The translations under genes and the position numbers were made by a program. Positions 37,133 through 49,778 of a stretch of DNA of 64,000 nt are shown here, piece by piece. Under the pieces are notes generated by a model. The model was not told the DNA's origin. It did not search any database and was given only the letters and a program-made list of their open reading frames with translations. Numbering within the stretch: the stretch's first letter is position 1; each line of letters starts with the position of its first letter. The DNA is taken from the NCBI GenBank assembly GCA_051294375.1, contig CM119266.1:26447387-26511386 (forward strand). The letters run 5' to 3'. Origin of the DNA: Paraspadella gotoi (Eukaryota; Animalia; Chaetognatha).

Positions 37133-37927
37133 ATGCTGAAGACTTCGATTTTTATTTTATTGGTGGCTGCCTGTTCTGGTCTGGACGAAGATTGTTTTTT
37201 TCAATATTGTACGTGTAAGAGTGAAACTATAAGAGAAAAAGATCTTTTGACTGTGACTTGTACTCAAGGAAAACTTCCACGCGAAAATTTCATCACTGAT
37301 TTCAATTCAGACGCCGAAAGAATATATATTGATAATTCAAATGCCGAGACGAGTATCAACGATAAGACCAAGTTTGAACCACTGAATAAGACATTATTCA
37401 AGCGTTACGACAAGCTAGAAGACCTCACGCTTAGTGGCACGTTCATAAAAACTATCAAGGATGATACCTTTCTTTATTCAATCAACCTTAAGTACTTAGA
37501 TTTGTCTTACAACCTTATCGAAACGATCACGAGTAAATCTTTTGGCGGCCTAAGGCATTTAAATCACCTTAATCTGAATCACAACCGTTTGCGCTTGATT
37601 CCAAGTGGTGCATTTGTTGGTTTGGAGAGCGTAGTTGGCTTGAGTCTTGCCAATAATGAACTCACAGATATTCAGTCCGGTTCATTTAGACCAAATGCTG
37701 TATTAGAAAAACTAGATATAAGCTACAACAATTTAAAGGGAGATGTTCCCCTAGCCGTATATAGTCTAAAACATTTGGACTCGTTGGTAGCACGTAATTG
37801 TGGCATAAATGTTCTGAAGGAAAATTTAAAAGATAAATTTTCTGGATTGATAACCCTTGATCTGACCAACAACCGTATTCCAGATATTCACCATTCTCAA
37901 TTTGCTGAATTGAGAGAATTAAAAAAC
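37133..37927 (+). CDS. LRR single-pass membrane protein, exon 1 (signal peptide, LRRNT, LRRs)
   Basis: Signal-like MLKTSIFILLVAACSG; Cys cap CFFQYCTC..C; repeated LxxLxLxxNxL/I; GTGAGT donor at 37928, phase 0. Confidence 0.9.
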
Positions 37928-40107
37928 GTGAGTATTGAAATAAGTAATATTTGAAATGTTTGTTATTTGTACTATACTAAGACTTAAATCAATCATGCGA
38001 GAACGAAGCTTTCAAAGTAATGAGAGTATGTATTTGTCTTAAGTAAGTAATGGTACTAACTAAACCGGCAAGTTTAAGGTGTTGCGCCGCAGTGACTTTC
38101 TTTTGTTGACTCATTTCCCCATGAAAAAGTGACAACACAAATATGGATATGGATATAAGGATATGCACTATAAGTCTTAGGGGGTTGTAAAATTTTTAAA
38201 TTAAAACCAGTTTGAGCAAACAATGTCGGATCTGCCTACGATAATTAATAAATTAATCGATTAATTAATTAATTTTAATATGTAATAATTAATTTTAAAT
38301 TTATATTCATCTTATCATTATCGATATCCTTAAAATTGGGTTAGGACAGTTATTAAATATGTTTTGTTTACATTTTATCAAAACAAACAAATATCCTCTA
38401 TTTTATTTTATGTCTCCTTCTCTCTCTCTCTCTTTCTTTTTATGCAATTGCGACGATCTTTATTAGAGCTTAACTTTGTCAATGGGGTGGGTCAGAAGTT
38501 TGATTTGGGAACCTTTCCAAATGAAACTTCATACATTTCTGAGAAAACTTTCAATGGACCAAAATTTTTTAAAATGGCTAGAAGCATTAGTAATTAATTT
38601 TTTAATATTTATTTATAGATAGGAAATGTCAAAAATTTTTTTTTAAATTTTGTATTTTTAAAAGCAGATTCAGATAGCTTATAAAAAGTTGTCTACACAA
38701 AGTATAATTCTTTTTTAAATATTTTGATGATAAGTGGGTCAAAACTGGGAAAAACCTGAAAAAATCATCATCATCATCATCATCCGATGATTTTAGCAGT
38801 TTTTACTAATTTTAAGTAATAAAACATCAAAATTTTAAAAAGTTGTAATTATATTTTTTGCTTAACTTTTTAAGCTCTATCAGAATCAATTAAAAAAACT
38901 TAAAATATCAAAAAAAATTTTTGACATTATATAGCAATATAATAATATTAATTAGCGAATTACTCCTGGTTCGGAACATTTTGTCAAAAAAATATTTTAA
39001 TATAATAATTAATACCAATAATGGATTCGTTTAATGCTGTTCCCATTAAAATTTGAATTTGGTCGGCTACCGCTATCTTTATGCTTTTAAGATTTTTTTC
39101 ACTTGCATCATTTTTTCACATTAATTAATTAATTAAAACATTTATTAGTAATCATTTATATTAAAGATTCAAGTAAATGTGACTTATGTTTTTTCCATCT
39201 AAACTCATTTCCACTGACACAATTCCGTCAAAACTTTATATAATTATTATATATTAATAAATATTTAAAAGCTACAGTGCCACAACCAATGAACTAATTC
39301 AAAAAGTTACATTGAAAATCGATTTAGTAGTAAAAGGAAAAAATAAATTTTTAAAAAGAACTAGAAGTTATAAAAAGTGTTCAATTTTGGCCCGCCTTAC
39401 TAGATATTAGGCCGAACAGGTTGAAAACTAGAAGTTCTCTCAAATAAATAATGGTTAAGCGACTATTAAATAATATGAAAATGAAAATAATTTTTAAAAT
39501 TTTGCTTATCAATTTTTTTTATAGAGCTTTAAAAGTTAGATAAAGGTTATTAATACAACTTTTAAAAATTTTTGTGTTTTATTAATGAAAAATTTTTAAA
39601 AATAAAATTCAGCCAATAATGATGATGATGATGATTTTTTAAGGTTCTATTTTTAACCAATTTATTGTTAAAATTTTAAAAAATTATAGTACTAACTTTT
39701 ATTTAACTTTTTAAGCTCTACAAGAACCCGTTCTTAAAAAAATCAAATTTTAAAATTTTTTTTTTTATCATTTGTTATATATTAATAAATATTTTAAAGC
39801 TTCAGTGCAATAACCCAATAAACTATTTCAAAAAGTTACATTGAAAATCGATTTAGTAGTAGAAGGAAAAAATAAATTTTTTTGAAAGAACTAGAAGTTA
39901 TAAAAAGTGTTCAATTTTGGCCCGCCTTACTAGATATATTGCATGTGATTAAACAATGTTATCGGAATAATAATTTTATCAATTTTATGTATTTTGTAAG
40001 TATTTTAAGTATTTTTATTCAGTGAGTAAAATAACAACTTTTTTATTCGCTAATTTTTATCTCCCTCTCTTTTTCTCTCTTTCTTTGCAATTGCAACGAT
40101 CCTTATG

Positions 40108-43074
40108 TAGGGATTATCAGTATTCGACGAAATTTTTATTTTTCTATCGGCCGAAAAATAATAGGGAATTTGATTCCAAAAACAAGGCTTTTTGAAATAT
40201 TTACTGTATGGAAAATACTAAAAAGAAAAATTTTATTTTTTACATCTAGGTACTGTAAGAGTAAGTCTAACTAAAAACCAAAAAAGAATCTTTCAAATAA
40301 GAAAAATATTGGAATAGTACAGAAAGCAATATTTCTGTTTATTGTTGCGCAAAAACTAGACTTTCCTCGCAAAACCTCTGGTTACAGGAGATGCAAATGG
40401 GTTTTCTCTCAACAAATAGATCATTTTTGATTCCCAAAAATGATGCGCAAAAATGCGCCAGCAGCAGTTCTGGCGATAGTCATTTTATATCATCTTTCCT
40501 ATTGAATATTAAGGCCTATGAATCATCAATATGTATGAAACTGATATAATATATTTATTATGATATTAAGATTTATCATGCCTTTTTTCTGCCTACAACA
40601 ATTCCTCCTTTGCTAAATATACATGATACCTATAATTATTATAATGGGTAATATCTTTATTTATAGTCTTTTTTTTAACTAAGTTCAAATATTAACCTAC
40701 AGAACCATTGTTGATCCACAATTTCTGATACTTATAATAAAATTGGTCCACTGACTTTTACATGGTGTATCTTTGTTTCTTTTTATCTATGATTTGAGAT
40801 TTATTTTCGGTATTCGTTTTTTCTTTGATTTTAAAGAATCAAAAACGAAAAATAATCGACTTAGATAGGGTATTGAACAAAAATTTTAAAAATACTAATT
40901 TTCTTCATTCGATGTTTTAAACTTTATATTAAGCCTAACGAAGTGTACTTGAATCGTTAATTCCAAGTTTGACTTTTAAATATTTGATTTACGCCAACTG
41001 ATTTGCGTCAATTTGGAGTAACGTTTCTGCCTCCTTTCTGCTGTCAAGGATATTCAACAAAAATTTTTGAAAACGCTTTTTTTTAATTAAAAATAGTAGT
41101 AGTATTGGATTCAGATTTGATTTCTTTTTTTTTACGTGTTTTGTTGGCGCTGGTGGCGTAAAAACTACGCCAAAAGATATTATTTCCTATTTACATATGT
41201 GGCGTTAATGATTTTTCCAAAAAAAATTTAAAAATATATCATGTTAAATAAGTGTAAATGTTTATATTTAAATTTGGAAAAGAATTGTGGCGTAAAATGG
41301 CGTGAAATGAAGGTAAAACCGTTTAATATGATATCATGATGTGGCGTAAAGACTTTTTGATTATTTTCTAGTAAAAGCTATTCGCTAAGTGGTTTTAAAG
41401 ATTTATCCGGCCTTTTTTATACAGGTTTGGCGTAGAATGGCGTAAAATGAACAGAAAACCAATATAATATCATTTAATTTTATGGCCTAAAAACTTTTTT
41501 TCATTTTCCAAATAAAGCTATTAAGTTAAGATGCTTTGGCGTAGAATGGCGTAAATTGACATAAACCTGCGCCACTTTATCCCCTCATCTCTTTCCCTTT
41601 CCCCCTTTTCTTTTCTCTTTTATTTTTATACAATCTCCGATTCTAAGTCGATTATTTTCCGGTTTTGATTCTTTAAAATCAAAGAAAAAACGAATACCGA
41701 TAATTAATCTCAAATCATAGATAGAAAGAAACAAAGATACACCACGTAAAAGTCAGTGGACCAATTTTATTAAAAGTATCAGAAATTGTGGATCAACAAT
41801 GGTTCTTTAGGTTTATATTTGAACTTAGTTAAAAAAAAGACTATAAATAAAGATATTACCCATTATAATAATTATAGGTATCATGTATATTTAGCAAGGA
41901 GGAATTGTTGTAGCAGAAAAAAGGCATGATAAATCTTAAGATCATAATAATATATATATATCAGTTTCATACATATTGATAATTCATAGGCCTTAATATA
42001 CAGTAGGAAACAATATATAAAATGCCTATCGCCAGAACTGCTTCTGGCGCATTTTTGCGCATCATTTTTGGGAATTATCAATGATAAATACCTTGAGAGA
42101 AAATGCATTTGCATCTCCTATAACCAGAGGTTTTGCGAGGAAAGCCTAGTTTTTGCGCTACAATAAAAAGAAATATTGCTTTCTGTACTTATCCAATATT
42201 TTTCTTATTTGAAAGATTCTTTTTTGGTTTTTAGTTAGAGTTACGCTTACGCTACCTATATTCAAAAAATAAAATTTTTCTTTTTAGTATTTTCCATACA
42301 GTAAATATTTTAAAAAGCCTTGTTTTTGGAATCAAATTCCCTATTATTTTTCGGCCGATAGAAAATAAAAATTTCGTCGAATACTGCTAATCCCTAACTT
42401 AGAATCGGAGATTGTATAAAAATAAAAGAGAAAAGAAAAGGAGAAAGGGAAAGAGATGAGGGGATAAAGTGGCGCAGTTTTACGTCATTTTACGCCATTC
42501 TACGCCACATCTGTATAAATAAAGCCGGATAAATCTTTAAAACCACTTAACCGAATAGCTTTTACTAGAAAATAATCAGAAAGTCTTTACGCCACATCAT
42601 GATATCATATTAAACGGTTTTACCTTCATTTCACGCCATTTTACGCCACAATTCTTTTCCGAATTTAAATATAAACATTTACACTTATTTAACATGATAT
42701 ATTTTAAAAAAATTTTTGGAAAAATCATTAACGCCACATATGTAACAAGGAAATAATACGTTTTGGCGTAGTTTTTACGCCACCAGCGCCAACAAAAACG
42801 TAAAAAAAAAAAGAAATCAAATCTGAATCCAATACTACTATGTATTTTTAATTTAAAAAAAAGCGTTTTCAAAAATTTTTGTTGAATATCCTTGACAGCA
42901 GAAAGGAGGCAGAAACGTTACTCCAAATTGACGTAAATCAGTTGGCGTAAATCAAATATTTAAAAGTCAAACTTGGAATTAACGATTAAAGTACACTTCG
43001 TTAGGCTTAATATAAAGTTTAAAACCATAGAATGAAGAAAACCAGTATTTTCAAAATTTTTGTGCAATACCCTA
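40108..43074. mobile_element. hAT-like MITE, outer copy, 7-bp TSD
   Basis: TAGGGATT...ATACCCTA termini; CCTTATG at 40101-40107 and 43075-43081. Confidence 0.85.
40866..42396. mobile_element. Same hAT-like MITE, inner copy in opposite orientation, 7-bp TSD
   Basis: TAGGGTATT...AATCCCTA termini; ACTTAGA at 40859-40865 and 42397-42403. Confidence 0.85.
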
Positions 43075-45468
43075 CCTTATGCTCATTTTTCTGCTCTCTC
43101 TCTCTCTTTGCAATTGCAACGATCCTTATGCTCATTTTTCTGCTCTCTCTCTTTGCAATTGCGATGATTCTTATGCTTTTAGGATTTTTTTAACTTGCAT
43201 CATTTTTCTGCTTGCATCATTTTTTCAACTTTTGAAATTGCATCATTTTTTCACATTAATTAATTAATTAATTAAAACATTTATTTGTAATCATAAATTA
43301 GTAATCATAAATAATAAAGATTCCAGTAAATGTGACTTATGTTTTTTCCATTTAAACTCATTTCCACTGGCACAATTCCCTCAAAACTTTATATCTAGCT
43401 TCTTCACACACTTTCCTACCCGCTCACAAAATTTCATCTCAATCTATTATGGGTTAAAATAAGTAAAAAGATTCAAGTAAATGTGACTCATATTTTTTTC
43501 ATTTAAACTCATTTCCACCGTAACTTTATATCAAGTATCGTTACACATTTTTCTACCCACACAAAAAATTTGAACTCAATCTATCCATCCAATTATGATT
43601 AATTAGAGTACTTATTGGTTAAAATAAGTAAAAATATTTTAGTAAATGCAAATTATGTTTTTTCCACTAATTTCCACTCACACGATTCCGTCGAAACTTT
43701 ATACCCAGCTTTATCACACATTTTCCTACCCACACACAAAATTTCATTCCAATCCAACCAGCCAATCACGCGTTATTGGAGCTTTTTGCTAAGGTGGGAC
43801 GGATGGATGGATTGATTGACTGATTAATTATTGATTAATTGACTAATTGATTAATTAACTGATTAATTATTTGATTTAATAATACATCCTGCATATACAT
43901 TTAATATAAAAGGAAAAAGAATCATAATCAATTAGTGAAACAGGATTTTTGTTTTTTTCCATTTAAACTACTTTCCACTCAAAAGATTCCATCGAAACTT
44001 GGTTTCCTGTTCAATCACACACTTTTCTACTCACATACAAAATTCCAGGTCAATCGCCCCATCCACTCATGAGCAATTGGTGTTCAAATAGTGAATTATA
44101 TTTTTTTGTTTTTTCCATTTAAACTCATTTCCACTCTGACGATTCCATCGAAACTTTATATCCAGCTCAATCACACAATTCCCTACCCACACACAAAATT
44201 CCATTCAAATCCATCCATCCAATCACGAGTAATTGGTGTTTTTTGCTAAGGTGGGACGGACGGACATCATTTTTTTTTGCATAATTTATCATAATTCAAT
44301 GTTCTGACATGATATAAATTGGTGCCCGACAATATTGAGGGGGCGGACCGACGGACCGACAAAGTGAATTATAGAGTCGGGATCTGCTGATAAGCAGATC
44401 CGACTAAAAAGTGAGGAACGAACAACATTATACTAATGAACATTTCTGTATAAAAAATTATATTATAAATTTTATAATTTATATATTAGGCCATATTTAT
44501 ACATAGTACTAATCCAATAAATCATGAAGGATAAGGATAGTACTATATATAAATATAGCCTACTGAAGAAATTAAAAAATATAAAAGTAATTTTTTTTAT
44601 AAATTAATGTTCTTTGATGGTTTGTTATTCATAATTGACTTCGAAAATTTTTGTATGTAACTTTCACTACGCTCTAATCATTACCCACTCCAATAGAGTT
44701 GAGCTCTCGGGAATAAAAGTAATCATCTGAATGGAAATGCATCATTCAATGCAATTCAAAAAATATAAAATTTTTGAGTTAAAAAATATTTTAATAAATC
44801 ATTTTCGGAATGCTACCATTGTCAATCGTGCATTGTGATTTAAATGAATTTATTTTGCTTCGTGGATTGTGCAACGTTGATCTTGGAATAAAAATGTTGA
44901 TTTTATTTGTTTGGTCAACGTTACTCTATCTGAATTTATTTTTTTAGGGTATAGAAGTTAATACTATTTTTTCTTAAATTTAAATTTTTTAGTAATTTTT
45001 GCTGGCGAGATCAAAATTCTTTTTACCTCAATTCCTTTTACAGGTTTGAAAAACAAGTCGAAACATGTCTGTTTTTATATAAGTAATATAAGTAATATAA
45101 TAAGTAAACAAGTAATTTGCAAATTTTCATAAATAAAATTCGTTGTAACTTGCAAACTAAAAACTTTGTCAATCTCTAAAAAAAAATGTATAAATATTTG
45201 TTTGAGCAGGTGCTCAATTAGAATTTTCAACCAAACTTACTGAGATATGCCGCCCCTAGTTTAGGGGCTGTTTAGGGTTAGGGTAATTGGGTAATTTTTT
45301 TTTAATTTTTTTTTTTTAAATAATTATATTTAGTAGTTTTTCAAAAGCCGCCAAAACCGCGTAAAATTTAGCCTGTTATTAAATGCTCAGGCCGAAATGA
45401 AAATTTTTTAAAAAAAATATGCTTTTCTCTGTTGGATAAGGCTGTTCCATCCGTCTGTACAATGTTTT

Positions 45469-45948
45469 TATGAAATTGTGTACAACAATATAAAAATTAT
45501 CCATTCATTTAATAATAAGCTATCTTGCCCCCTGACTTTGGACAGGCTTTGGTGGTTTAAGGCCTCCATCACTCTTACAAGATAATTACATAGCAGGTCC
45601 CTGCAAGTTTTCAATCAAAACTCTCTCACAGTCCCGTTTATTTACTCCCAGAGTACCTGGCTTCCCTATCAATGAAGTGGAAAATATTTCAAAGAATGTT
45701 TCAATTTGTATGAAAAGACCACTCCCTTAAGTATTAGTCGGGGAATACTTTATAGTACTCCGCACTAGCATCAAAATAACAAGGAGCTGAATTTTATGAA
45801 ATTGGTACAACCAATATAAAAATTATCCATTCATTTAATAAATAAGCTATCTTGCCCCTGACTTGGACAGGCTTTGGTGGTTTAAGGCCTCCATCGACTG
45901 CTTACAAGATAATTACATAGCAGGTCCCTGCAAGTTTTCAATCAAAAC
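45469..45948 (-). repeat. Partial tandem of the young ~260-bp repeat
   Basis: Two head-to-tail copies, each beginning at the shared end TATGAAATTG(G)TACAA(C)CAATATAAAAATTATCC. Confidence 0.75.
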
Positions 45949-46013
45949 CATTATATTATTTTGGTTCCCCCGGCTTCTTCAAAAGTCACTTAATAGTTAT
46001 AAATTTATTTCAG

Positions 46014-46224
46014 TTACTTCTTGGCGGGAATCATATCAATGCTTTACCTTCCAATCTGTTCCTTGATTTACGAATTCTGAATCTGGAACTGAACAACAAT
46101 AGGATTACATCAATCGATCAAACTGCATTCCAGAACGCGTTGATCACAAATCTTAATTTGTCACACAATCCGAATTTGAATTTGAATATCAATACTAATC
46201 CAAAGGAAATTTTTGATCATATAA
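46014..46224 (+). CDS. LRR membrane protein, exon 2 (not in ORF track)
   Basis: TTTCAG acceptor; LLLGGNHINALPSNLF..LELNNNRITSIDQTAF..LNLSHNP continues the LRR register; GTAAGG donor, phase 1. Confidence 0.85.
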
Positions 46225-46292
46225 GTAAGGCTATTGTCGCTTAATAAAAGTTTATATTATGACCGCTCATAATTTATTTTTCTCCTATTTAG

Positions 46293-46812
46293 CTTTCAAG
46301 CAGAGCATTAGAAGACTTTCTATGGCAGAAGTCGGATTAACATCTGTCGGAAATCTGCTCAGATTTTCTACTCAGTCAAATCTCATAAGTCTGGATCTCT
46401 CTAACAATAAGCTGAAAAGTATTTCAGGAAAAGATTTCTTCGACCTAAGTTCAGGCTTGTCCCTGCTTAATCTGGAACGTAACATTCTAGAGGAAGTCAA
46501 TGATGCTTTTTTCAACATGAAATCGTTAAAGGACCTCAACTTAGCCGGGAATATGTTACAGTTTGATGATGACAATTTAAATCTTTTTCCTACCAATATT
46601 TTTAAATTAGCGCCCAAACTCGACCGATTAGATCTGTCTGGAAATGCTTTTACCTTTTTCCCCGACGAGATGGTTAATGAGTTCTCTCTCCGAATTAACC
46701 AACTGAACCTCAAATTGGCTGGAAATAAATTGTTCTGTAACTACAAAACGAAGCCACTGTACAGATTTCTGCTTTTACCTTCTCAACGAATCCGATGTCC
46801 AGAAGAGTTATG
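46293..46812 (+). CDS. LRR membrane protein, exon 3
   Basis: 68-nt intron upstream; LRRs ending in LKLAGNKLFC (start of LRRCT); GTAAGT donor, phase 2. Confidence 0.9.
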
Positions 46813-46827
46813 GTAAGTACGAAAACA

Positions 46828-47023
46828 GGCTAAATTTTACTTTCGCCGACCGCGGTTAAGGCGGCTTTTGAAAAACTATTTAAAAATATTTATTTTTAAA
46901 AAAAAAAATTACCTTAACCCTAAACCCTCCTAACCCTAACCACCCCTAACCCTAAACCACCCTTAAATCACCCTTAACCTTAACCCTTCCCTACCTACGG
47001 TCGGCGAAAGTAAAAGTAACCCC
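46828..47023. mobile_element. Fold-back MITE with CCCTAA-like repeats
   Basis: Same inverted repeats as 8355-8541. Confidence 0.75.
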
Positions 47024-48954
47024 GAAAATATTTGTATAATATATAATATTCAAAAAGTTTGGCCGTTATGATTAGTTAGGATTACAAATTGAGAGAATTA
47101 TTTTCATTTATCATCTGATTAGCTGATTACCGCTTAATTATCGNNNNNNNNNNNNNNNNNNNNNNNNNNNNNNNNNNNNNNNNNNNNNNNNNNNNNNNNN
47201 NNNNNNNNNNNNNNNNNNNNNNNNNNNNNNNNNNNNNNNNNNNNNNNNNNNNNNNNNNNNNNNNNNNNNNNNNNNNNNNNNNNNNNNNNNNNNNNNNNNN
47301 NNNNNNNNNNNNNNNNNNNNNNNNNNNNNNNNNNNNNNNNNNNNNNNNNNNNNNNNNNNNNNNNNNNNNNNNNNNNNNNNNNNNNNNNNNNNNNNNNNNN
47401 NNNNNNNNNNNNNNNNNNNNNNNNNNNNNNNNNNNNNNNNNNNNNNNNNNNNNNNNNNNNNNNNNNNNNNNNNNNNNNNNNNNNNNNNNNNNNNNNNNNN
47501 NNNNNNNNNNNNNNNNNNNNNNNNNNNNNNNNNNNNNNNNNNNNNNNNNNNNNNNNNNNNNNNNNNNNNNNNNNNNNNNNNNNNNNNNNNNNNNNNNNNN
47601 NNNNNNNNNNNNNNNNNNNNNNNNNNNNNNNNNNNNNNNNNNNNNNNNNNNNNNNNNNNNNNNNNNNNNNNNNNNNNNNNNNNNNNNNNNNNNNNNNNNN
47701 NNNNNNNNNNNNNNNNNNNNNNNNNNNNNNNNNNNNNNNNNNNNNNNNNNNNNNNNNNNNNNNNNNNNNNNNNNNNNNNNNNNNNNNNNNNNNNNNNNNN
47801 NNNNNNNNNNNNNNNNNNNNNNNNNNNNNNNNNNNNNNNNNNNNNTAATCGTAGGCAGATCTGATATTGTTTGCTCAAACTTGTTCAATTAAAACCATCA
47901 ATATATTCTTAAATTTAGAAGGATTATGGTGAAAATATGTTAGGAAAGCTTGTGCAATCCTTATACTATGGCGACGTATTATTTTGAACCAAATGGGTGA
48001 AAAAATTTTGGGGGTATTTGAAAAGATTTGAATATTATGAAAATTATAATGACATATAAAACTGTGGCACTTTTTCCATCGATGCCCCATGCTGCGGCTC
48101 CTGAAGCAGCAGACTGCAGACTGCAGCGGTAGCCAGACCGAATTCAAATTTAATGGGACAGCATTAAACTAATCCATTTTTGGTATTAATTGTATTGTGT
48201 TAAAATATTCTTGCAAAAATATTCCAAACCATGATAATTCGCTAATTAATATTATTATATCACTATTAATGTCAAAAATTTTTTTTAGATATTTTAAGTT
48301 TTTTTAATTGATTCTGATAGAGCTTAAAAAGTTAAGCAAAAAATATAATTACAACTTTTTAAAATTTTGATGTTTTATTACTAAAATTAGTAAAAACTGC
48401 TAAAACATCGATGATGAGATGATGATTTTTAAGGTTTTATTCCCAAATCAAACTTCTGACCCACCCCATTGACGAAGTATATTTTGATGCTTCCATCATT
48501 GCTTTATGCGTCACTCCTTTTGTCGTCGCTCTTACCGTCGCAACTGTTTCCTCCATCGTTCAAATTATCGTCATCGTTTCTATCTTGATCCTGACCGTTG
48601 AGTCATTCAGCAAGCCATAATTTTTTTGTTGTAAAAGTAGCGTAGCAAAAGACAACCTTAATCCCTAACCTTAATCCCTAACCCTAATCCCTATTCCCTA
48701 ATCTAACCTTATCCCTAACCGAAACCCTAAACAATTAATCCATCGTTCAAATTATCGTCATTTTTGTCAATCCCGATCCTGACTCTGAATCATCCAGCCA
48801 GAGAGAGAGCGAGAGAGATTCGCTGCTCCGTCAGACGGCAAGGCGGCATTGAAGAGAATTTCGCCGAAAATCCGATATATATAGGTATATTGTACAGGCA
48901 TAATGAAATTTATTATCAACTACGAAGACAGTTTATATAACACAATATGTATGA

Positions 48955-49570
48955 CTTATCTGGCCCATAATTATTGATACGGCTTCCGGGGCCTGTAGAC
49001 GGCGTCCAGGACGCCATAGAAAAAGCTCCTTTTTTTTAAATAAAGCTAGGATGTTTGTCTACCAAACTGAATTTTTTTTTTTTATCGGCCCGCGCGTTTC
49101 AAGATTGCCAGTCAATTTCCTCTGAAGCGCGCCGTCAAGTCATTGCCCAATTCTACCAAAATCATGAACAGAAGGAACAGCATTTACTTTACAGTATTTT
49201 TGAAGCTAAATGTTAGCCGTCCAGTCTATATATTAAACGTAATACAAAGAGTAAAGTCTGGATATACTCTCAAACACAAAAAAGGCGCAGGGCGGCCAAG
49301 AAAAACTCACGTCAAGACAGTTGCGCACCATCGTGAAAGGAATGGAAAATAAAGTTGGGTTTTCTACGAGAAAGCTGGTGTCTCGATTTAAAGGTCCCTA
49401 CGCCACATTTCACTATAAAATTGTGACTTTTTTTGGTTCAACATGTTCGTCTGTATTAGTTAACGTTATTAGTATTTAAAAAATTATTATTTTGTATTAT
49501 TATTTACAATAAAATGTTATAAACTGTAACACATTCAATCTTTTTGTCTCAATAATTATTAGGCCAGAAG
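48955..49570 (+). mobile_element. Internally deleted Tc1/mariner element
   Basis: Imperfect TIRs CTGGCCCATAATTATTGATAC / GTCTCAATAATTATTAGGCCAG; frameshifted N-terminal transposase remnant ending KHKKGAGRPRKT (GRPR motif). Confidence 0.75.
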
Positions 49571-49641
49571 TATTCAAAAAGTGGAATTTTAAATTGATCT
49601 GGATGTTTTTAGCCTTAAATTTTATAATTATTTATCTTTAG

Positions 49642-49778
49642 GAAAAGTATGCCAGTTACCAATCTTGTGACACCAAAATGTCTTCGGTGCACAAATCTTG
49701 ATGAAAAATTTGTCATAAAACTAAACGAAGCTGACCTGAAAGACCCGGAAAACGTCGATGACATTTTGCTTGGAACAG
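49642..49778 (+). CDS. LRR membrane protein, exon 4
   Basis: TTTAG acceptor, TG+G=Trp; contains the remaining cap cysteines (PKCLRC); G|GTTTGT donor, phase 1. Confidence 0.75.

Larger units (their letters stand above)
38205..44406 (-). mobile_element. Expanded HINE family A element with nested insertions
   Basis: Both termini present: AACCAGTTTGAGCAAACAATGTCGGATCTGC (38205) and GTCGGGATCTGCTGATAAGCAGATCCGACTA (44406). Confidence 0.75.

Noticed and set aside
41881-42872. ORFs in the hAT-like MITE as transposase
   Set aside because: Short, AT-rich, with no BED finger, DDE or dimerisation motifs.
47127-47888. 246-aa and 253-aa ORFs
   Set aside because: Artefacts of the N gap.
48657-48730. True or fused telomere
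   Set aside because: Short, degenerate and intronic; similar arrays lie inside MITEs in this window.
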